Source of the DNA: Dimorphilus gyrociliatus
Taxonomy: Eukaryota > Animalia > Annelida
DNA length: 64,000 nucleotides
Assembly: GCA_904063045.1 (NCBI GenBank)
Contig: CAJFCJ010000009.1
Location: forward strand, 2,356,968-2,420,967
Direction: 5' to 3'
Within the stretch, counting starts at the first letter, position 1. Every line of letters starts with the position of its first letter. Positions 55,743 through 64,000 of this stretch are shown in pieces. The position numbers were made by a program, and so were the translations under genes. A model generated the notes under the pieces. It made no database searches, had not been told where the DNA came from, and saw nothing but the letters and a program-made list of their open reading frames with translations.

Positions 55743-58700
55743 TTAGTTCGGTGACATTGTTTTATTGATGCTCGACCAAACTTTAAGACCTACAGCGCTA
55801 AGTCGCAGCTTATTTTGTGTAACAGCCATACTTCTGCTTGTCAGTGTCTTTTTGTTTTCGACAATAAGAGGATAATAATTGGTTGGCATTTGAGCAGTTT
55901 CTTCAACTCTTCTTCGGAGTTTCCTAAGAAGACTTTCATTCAAGCTTCCGGTTCTCTTTAGGGGGCAAGATACTTCCGGACTATTCTCCTCCTGAAATAG
56001 AAAAGCAGTGGGGCGGAATGATACATAGATCAGAGGTATTTTTTGGTGGGGGATCAGTAAAGAATTGATGAAAAAATAATAAAGCAAGGAAGGTGGGAAA
56101 AAAAAGACTTTCATGTCAATATGAATCTTGAAAAAAGGGGAAGAGTTAATAATTTTTTTAGTAGTGCGAGGAGTTAGACGTGGACGATGTAGAACGAACC
56201 CTCACTTTTGGTGCAGACGGTGGTAGTTTACGCTCTGGATCATATTCAGCACAATTTGACTTCTTATTTATCCTTTTCTCGACCTCTTGCATAATTTCGC
56301 TTTTCCATTTACCTGAATTAACAATACGTGATACACTATTTGACCTTGATTTTGACCGAGATCTGTCCTTCATCGAACGCCTTTCGTTCGAATTTCTATC
56401 TAAGCTAGAACTTCTTCCTTCTTTTGACAACTTCGATTCGACGCTAACCGATCTGGATCTGACTTTAGGTGGTGAGTTGGACGGTGGTGTAGGAGCCTGG
56501 GCATCATTTGTAGGTCGAGCAGATGTTGGACGTTTCTTGCCGGTTTTCGATTCTATAGATTGATCTATTGTATAAGTTTCACCAAGATCTGGTTTTTTAG
56601 CTTTCTTCCAATCGTCTTTACTGGAAATAGGTTTTCTTGACGGCGAATCATCGCCCCGCCTACTCTTAGAACCCTTCGGACCCGCTTCAGAAGGTTTAGG
56701 TGAAACATTACTGACAATTTTCTTTTTTTCCATTTGCTGACTTAAAGCATGTAATTGCTGAATTGGGCTTGATTGATTATTGGCCATTCCTGGAACAGAC
56801 AATGAAGAGCCGCCATCTGGTTTCTCATAAGTTTTAAAGGGAACATTACTATTTGATGATCGAGAACTTCTTCCAGTTATATTTATGGCCACAGGTAATT
56901 TTGCTTTAGCGGGAGGAACATTTGGTTCAGTAGGCATTTGACGCCTCTTTGAAGATTCTACTGGCATAGTAAAAATTCCACTATCCTCCTTTACTGTTTT
57001 TTCACTCGACTGTATCTTTTCTATATTACCAATCGAATGTTGTTGGCCTTCAGAAGGTTTAGAACCTTCTGATAAGCGTCCCGAATTTACTAATGGAATA
57101 GTCCTATTACCGGGTCGATTTGATCCGCCTGAATTGCCGCTTGTATCCTTTTCAGATAGTGATCGTTGTCGTTTTGGTTTATCTTCCCTCTTATGAATGA
57201 AAACAAAATTGGAGGGAGCCGATTCACCGCAAGCTGTTAATGCTCTTACGCAGACTCTGTAAGTAACTTGCGGTTCGAGGCAGGTTATTTCGGCTTCTGG
57301 TACTTTAGCAAAGAGAATTTTGTCATTAATATAGATTCTGTAACCGAAAAATTCATCACCACTGATTGATACTCCATCCCATGAGATGGTTGCTGTAGTA
57401 GCACTCTCAGCTAGCACCTTCAAATTTGTAGGGTTGGACGGTTCAGGCGGTAGACTGGCTATGTCTAGAGATAAACAAACACTAGTCCTAACTGACGTTA
57501 CTTGTGTTGGTTCTTCATTTTCATTTGGATCTTGCTTTTTAACAATACTCCTTAGCCTGTCCATTTCTTGCCTCATATTTTCCATTTGTTTTGCCATTTC
57601 GTCTAATCGACAAGTCAATACACTAGAGGCCTGAGAGTCAGAACCAGCTACGGAGTCTAAAGTATCGGCTAGAGTTGTAGCGTCAATACTCTGGGCTACT
57701 TTTGCTTTCCAATGCTTTAATTCGTTCACATCCTTGGCTAACTTCTGCAATTGTATTTTTGTCTCCTGGTTTGCTTGGTGACTTTGGTTTAACGCTCTTA
57801 TATGAGATTCGGATCGCCTAGCTCGAATCTCTTGACGTATTTCTAAAGCAAATGGGTTTTTGTGCCTTGTTAAATATCCTCTGAACGCCGATTGAATCTT
57901 TGTGGCTGCCTTTTTACGAAGTTCGTCCGTTTCTCTAGATCTTCTTTTCCGTCTAGTATGTCTTTGTGGACTATTTGTCGGTGTTGTGGACGGAGTTGAA
58001 GCAGAACTACTCTCAGATCTTGATCTGCTAGTTCCTGTCCTGGTAGTGACACCATGAACAACATTTACTTGAATATCACCAGCCATTTTAGCAAAAATTT
58101 TCTTTTTTAAGTTTGAAGATTCTTCTTCAACTGATTTCTCTAAATCTATATGTCTTGCCGTGTTGTCAGACCCAGTAGACGATAGCATTAGCGACTCCAA
58201 ATTTAATGGTTTTAGAGGTGAGCATTCCAAATCAGTACTCAGTGGAATGTACCGTGACTCCCCTTCCAATAATTTCGTAGAATTACTTGAAACCGCCTCG
58301 TCTGTGCGTGGGTTGTTAGTTGGCAGCGGATTACTATTTCAATACGAAAAATTATTGAACAATCTTACCTCCACTAACGTCTTGCAATTTCATATCGTCT
58401 GACAGTCTATGAGTATTTTCGTTCAAGGCTGGGCGGCAGGCTTAATGAAAGATAAAAATTGTAAAATAAGAATAAAATATTTATCATCTCTTGGCTGAAA
58501 GCCAAAAGTGATTTAAGAAAAAACTGAAAGAAAATCAATTTTACCAGGGACTCTTGCCCAAGGTGGCGCTTGAACGGAGCTTACTTGCGGATCGGGGGGT
58601 TCTAAGACTAGATTACTTGATTGTGCGTCTTCTTCTTCTCCAACCTCTTCTTGTCTAGTAAGATCAGATCCGGGCTCTTCCAACTCTCTCTGATGTCGTC

Positions 58701-59727
58701 TTTGCTGTAATAATACCCTAGAAAGTCGAACTTGATCTTCGATCGAAGCTCTCGGAGATATTGGACAAGCAGTGGTCAGATAGTGAACAAGTTGTTCTTG
58801 TTGACCACAACGGAAGTAGCGACCTTTACCCTGACTATATAACCATTCGGCTAGTAAGCTTTCCTTCTCGCTCACACTCTTTCCGTCCAAGACGCGAACG
58901 TTCAAACACCAATTAATAACAAATGGCCGATAATCAAACGGTCTGCTGTTGTCAAATGAGTCAAGGTAAATATTGCGTCTTTGGCCAAAAGCCAGAATGT
59001 ACATTACTAAATCTACGATATGATTAAATAAGACTAATTTCCAAAAGTATTTTAAAAGAAAAAAAAGTTTTAATAAGCGATAAAAAGGATACGCATTGGC
59101 GATTTGAACACATTCGTTGTTCATAATCGAAAGCCTTTCCAAGTTCGTAAAATGGCATAAAAACATAATATTGTTCAAGTCTGCTATTGAATTGTCATCC
59201 AAAGAAAGAGTAGCTAGAGACCTAGGCAAGCATTTAGGCGCATTTTTCAAATTCGAAATTTGATTATTATGCAATAGTAATCTCTGAAGAGATTTTAAAC
59301 AGCTAATGTCTGAGAGAACTTCAACACGATTGTATGAAAGATCCAAGTAGTTTAAGGAAGTGCAGTAGGATAAGTGACCAAAAGTCACAATTAGATTGTT
59401 GGAAACATTCAACCAAGTCAAAGTGCTGGATATACTTCGAATTCCCTCAAAAGCCGTTAAACGGTTATGGCATAAATTAAGGAACGATAGTTTGCAGAGG
59501 CGAACGACGCCTCCCATATTATTAATTTCATTGTGCGCTGCTGACAAGTGAGTTACGTCCTCGAACGCATCCAAGCCAACAAGATTTGTTAGGGAATTGA
59601 AGTCTACCACCAAAGAAGCAGGCCATGTTCCACTCTCCCCTGCCGAGGGCCTTATTTGATTGCATCTAGTAATATTCTTCCTGCTGGCATCTACAATCCC
59701 TCTTTCGTTGGCCGCTATCGTCAGCAT
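55743..59727 (-). CDS. CEP97: Centrosomal protein 97 kDa-like (LRR, IQ, coiled coil) with an FN3 domain
   Basis: LRRs, LPRSLATLSL, FDYRPFVINWCLNVRVLDG, KESLLAEWLYSQGKGR and IQ motif IQSAFRGYLTR. The stop is either at 56158 or, via a micro-exon 56126-56109, at 55743. Confidence 0.9.
58946..59092 (-). other. U12-type intron in CEP97, 147 nt, in frame and stop-free
   Basis: The 5' site is GTATCCTTTT. Branch TACCTTGAC lies 15 nt before the 3' AG. Removing it restores the CEP97-like ..ANA-RPFDYRPF. Confidence 0.85.
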
Positions 59728-60530
59728 TCTAACGGCGGAAGGATATATGATCGATAAATCTGTACGTAATAAGAGTATTCATTTGAATTTGAATAGAAGA
59801 ACAGACCACAATAACACTACAGGTGATAGTATATGAAGTTTGCTTATCCTACTTTTATAATTCCAAATTTCTAATCTTACAATTAAGAATAAGTATATTT
59901 GAAAAATATTCCTTTAATTAGGGAACAAATGCATTATGCGGACACCACATTGTTCGAATTAATATTCCTGAATACCTTTTAACTTTCAAATAGGCCTCTT
60001 GTTTATGTATAAAAAGTAAGATTTACTTTATTTTTATCAAGGATTACGCTCTTCAAGTGCTGTTAATAAAAGAGATTGTAGGGTTATATAGGCCTATTAA
60101 GAAAAAGAGAGAGAAAGAAATAAGGGGGAGAAATAGTTGAAGAGATTGGACAGTCGCAAGGATAGTTTTGATTAGTCAGAGGGGAATAATTTTGGTCGTA
60201 AAATGTTTTGGTTAGCTTATGTAATATCATATAAGTAAATTTGATATTAAAAATAGCTGTTACAGAACAACCAGCAATATACAGCTGATTTACTTGGTTA
60301 CTCGGTTACAAGTATGAAAAAAACAGATCAGTAAAATTTAAATGAGACATATCATCTTCGTCAATTAAAAAGATTAGAAAAGTATTAAAACAATAAAAAT
60401 ATCTAACCTGCATTAATTGCATGACGTATAAACAGAAGCCTGGAATACACCTAAGTGTAAAATACTCATAAAGTCTTTGTATGTTGTATCTGTTTAAAGC
60501 ACGTACAGACAAGTTTGAGACTACCAGTTA

Positions 60531-60602
60531 CAGGAAGTTGTGCGAACGAAGCGCCACTTGTCAATAAACTACTTCCTACCGCGCTTTTTTTGGCGCCATT
60601 TT
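60531..60602. promoter_or_regulatory. Putative CEP97 promoter motifs (ETS, E2F, YY1)
   Basis: CAGGAAGT 60531-38, TTTGGCGC 60589-96 and GCGCCATTTT 60593-602, upstream of a minus-strand 5'UTR exon donor at 60407. Confidence 0.45.
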
Positions 60603-61456
60603 TAAAAATTATCGTTATAAATGTAATAATTCTAAAAATTATCATACTTTAGCGAAACTATCATATATAAGTAAAGAAACACGATATGTCTTTTTTAAAC
60701 ATACATTCATTTTTGGATTAATTAAACAGATCGGTGTTTGCTATTTACTTGTAAAGTAAACCATTCACTTATGCATACAAAAATGAATAGGTGGCGCTTC
60801 AAATAAAAATTTGATTCAAAAATTTTCAAGCAGTGTATAGCGCCATCTATATATAAGAAAACTAATCAACCTAATAGTTTCTAGACGAACAGTTTTACAA
60901 ATAAAAAGACTTCTTATAGTCATAATACTAAACATAAAGTCTAATCCTATTGTAAAATTATTTCAAAAGAACGACAAGTCAAGACGTACTTATGACATTA
61001 GGAAAAAGTGGTATTAGAATATAAATACTAATATATGACTATATATCTACTAATATATATATATATATATATATATAGGTGAGACATGTACAATAGTATA
61101 TAATGGTATACTTGATAAAAATCAGACTGACGATCTTGTTGACAATACAAAAAAAATTAGTAAAATTGGAACAAAAGATGTAAAAAGAAATTTAGTTCTA
61201 GAAAATAAAGGAAATCCGTATTTTTTTTATCTTTTACTTCTTCCTTTTTAATTAAACGCATCTATGACTTTTAATAAGATTTAAGCTTTTTACGTAGATG
61301 CTGTTGAGTCAGTATTAAATTTATATAAATAGGAATTGTAGAAGGGTTTTATCAATAGGTAAGAATTTACGGCAATAAAAACGGATTTAGCTATATAAAT
61401 TAACTTCAATATATTCATTGATGTACTCTGAAAACCGCCCTAATACCTAGAATAAA

Positions 61457-62178
61457 CAGGTGATAACAACAGGTGTTCAGTGTCGGGAGACACGTGTTGA
61501 ATGAAACTTTCAATTTCTCTTTGTTCTCCTTTGTACCTTCTTCATGTAAAGGAATTTATATTTCATTTAAACAATCACCTAAAAATCTGCAATGTTTTGT
61601 TTAAAGCTGTTTTATCATAAGCAGATCTAATCTCACCGAAAAAATGTATTGTTAAAATCTGTGAACAAAAATCTCTGCTAAAATAATTGTCATTTTGATG
61701 TGCAATTGCGCGTGCTACTACGTGCTTATATATGGAAAGTTTGAGGATATTACAAAGTAGAACAGTTCGCTGCATTTGATTTTTCATGTACTGGTAAATT
61801 CAAGGGAGCGTAACGTTTCAAATGTGCAGACAGTCTTTGTGCCGTCGAGCACCTGCCGTCTTCTAGGAATGAGAGGCGTTTAGGTGTATATTTCTGACAG
61901 CGTTCAAAAGCGTTTAGACCATTCTGTTCGGGTACGGTTAACCACCTGCCAAAATAAGGAAGAACAATGCTCCTTAACTTCAAAATGCTCACACACGTCG
62001 TGGATAGCTCCCTCTTTCTCTGAGAGCCAACTTAGTTGGTTCACAAAGACGCTTGACGCCTTCTGCTGCAAAATTTCTAGGTAATATACCCTTTACGAAA
62101 CGTTGATTGGTTAATTCGGCACGTGTATGCAAATGTTCCAATTGCCGTTTTTTCTTTGTAACGGAATTTTTGCAGGTG
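61457..62178. promoter_or_regulatory. E-box-rich upstream region of the Snail gene
   Basis: CAGGTG/CACCTG at 61457, 61470, 61850, 61943 and 62173; CACGTG at 61491 and 62120. Confidence 0.65.
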
Positions 62179-62190
62179 CATTTTGGCACG

Positions 62191-62929
62191 ATGCCTCGTT
62201 CGTTTCTGATCGGTGCGACAAGGAGAAACCTGGAAATGGAATTTGAAAAACACTGTAAGTTGTTCCATTTTTAATATTACGAAAGATATAAGTCTATTAA
62301 ATATAATTGGTCAATTTTAAGCTTAAATAAAAGTAGCTAATAATTTACTTAATTTCCATTCAGATAATTATACACAACCATTGGATTTAAGGAAAAAGCC
62401 GCTTAAGAATGACAACTACGTTCCATGGAGATTTTGGGAAGATAGAGAAAACGTTCCAGTTCAGAAAAGTGAAATGAGTCCTCGAAAAGCTGCTTTAAAC
62501 TTGAGCCTTTTAACGCATACTTCAAATCTTAATTGTTCAAGATGTAAAAAGAGTTTTTCTAGCGAAACGAATTTAAAGAAGCATTCATCAAAATGTTCAA
62601 GGGAGGAGATTAATTGCAAATTCTGCGATAAAACCTACACTTCCATTGGCGCTTTAAAAATGCATATACGAACTCATACATTACCCTGCAAATGTTCCTT
62701 TTGTGGCAAGGCGTTCTCACGACCGTGGCTTTTACAAGGTCATATTAGGACTCACACAGGAGAAAAACCATTCAGTTGTAACCAATGTTCAAGGGCATTT
62801 GCCGATCGTTCCAATTTACGAGCGCATTTACAAACTCACGAATGCGTAAAGAAATACTCATGCCAAACCTGCTCAAAAAGTTTTTCCAGAATGTCTCTTT
62901 TAACAAAACATAGAATAACTTGTATATAG
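62191..62929 (+). CDS. snail: Snail-family zinc-finger transcription factor
   Basis: Exon 1 62191-62254 ([12 protein letters not shown]-like) and exon 2 62364-62929 with five fingers including [49 protein letters not shown] and [10 protein letters not shown]. Confidence 0.96.
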
Positions 62930-63833
62930 AAAGGGAAAAAAAGAACGTATCGAATAGAACAAAATATTTTAAAATGTTCTATTGACAAAAGAGGGCGCTA
63001 CTAAACAGAATGTTGAACGCTGATTTTTCTTGTGCTGAATATGATATAAGATTAATTTATCATTAAAGAATTTATGTAATGAATATGTTACTATTTGTCT
63101 ATTTTGTTGATTGTTTTTATTTTCCGAGTGTAATACTCTAGTCGTAAAGAGCCCTTATGAGTTTATCATATACTTTAGAAGTACGAGTGTTAAAATCTAG
63201 TCTGTTTGAGTGCGTATAAATACATTATAGGATTTAAAAAAAAACCTATGCCATTACTTTTCTCATATACTTAAATCGATAGCTTACCTTTCCCCCCTAT
63301 TTCTTCAAAGAAATGACAAAATAATTCAGTATATTGAACCGATAAATAGCAAGTGAAGCTTAGTTATTGTTTTTCTTATATTCTATTACTTGACGAATAT
63401 GGAAAGTATAAAAATAGCCTGTCGTCTCCTTATGCTCAAGAGATTGTTATATATTGTTCCATATTACATATATATATATATATTTCTTAAGAATTGGAAC
63501 ATGGTGTCTTGATTATTGGACACTTGGTAGTGAATATTGAAATCTTTTATCAACATCTGTATAAAAAAAAACATCACAAATCCATAAATCAAATCAGCTT
63601 TCTTTGTGAAAATGTATATTTTTTTGTATGGAATATTCTATTTTTTGTTTATTTCATTCTAAACTCCTCTTCAACCCTTTTGAGTATAAGGAATGTGAAG
63701 TAAAATAGGAAGACTTTTGAAGAACTGTTTGATGTCTGCTTTGGATTTTGAATAGATACATATGACATAAAAGAGAAATAGGAAATTGTGCAGACTACTT
63801 CTTGTTTGGTTAGGGGAAAATTTTTCTTCATAA

Positions 63834-63878
<45 letters not shown>

Positions 63879-64000
63879 TTTATATATCGGGTGACATAGG
63901 CTTGAATATAATCGAGTAAACAATTTCGAAGAGTTCTATTTACTTCAGACGAGTAAATCCGGTTAAAAATTGTTTACACCTTAGCTAAAAGGGGAAAGAA

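Noticed and set aside
61575-62268. Overlapping 60-80-aa ORFs upstream of snail
   Set aside because: Explained by the higher GC of a regulatory region; the E-box cluster is the better explanation.

Overview
Eukaryotic (animal) genomic DNA. It is AT-rich and very compact: about 25 intron-containing genes in 64 kb, most introns 50-85 nt. The gene families suggest a bilaterian invertebrate, possibly a miniaturised lophotrochozoan such as a compact-genome annelid; this is an unverified impression. I assembled spliced models by hand from GT-AG signals and recalled homology. Gene order: partial WD40-like exon, PTPN11/SHP2, ankyrin-repeat gene, unannotated 102-aa membrane microprotein, PDXK, TTLL9, an orphan, RAB3GAP2, FAAH-like amidase, TSSK-like kinase, syntaxin-7/12, two or three orphan multi-exon genes, AP1AR/gadkin, STN1, a very divergent ionotropic-receptor-like gene, NDUFB9, WDR33, a divergent alpha-tubulin, SSU72, NEDD8, an ARH/LDLRAP1-like PTB adaptor, CEP97 and a Snail-family factor. 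STN1, NEDD8 and the microprotein are essentially invisible in the supplied ORF track. I saw no rRNA, tRNA, CRISPR array or intact transposon. I found no prokaryote-style novel system. Best leads: (1) two U12-type minor-spliceosome introns, one being a stop-free in-frame 147-nt intron in CEP97; (2) a CEP97 carrying an extra FN3 domain; (3) SHP2 with E61/C62 at the autoinhibitory loop; (4) five Snail-type E-boxes upstream of the Snail gene itself; (5) an alpha-tubulin lacking MREC, K40 and the C-terminal Tyr; (6) the orphan genes and the divergent receptor. All identifications rest on recalled sequence knowledge, not database searches.
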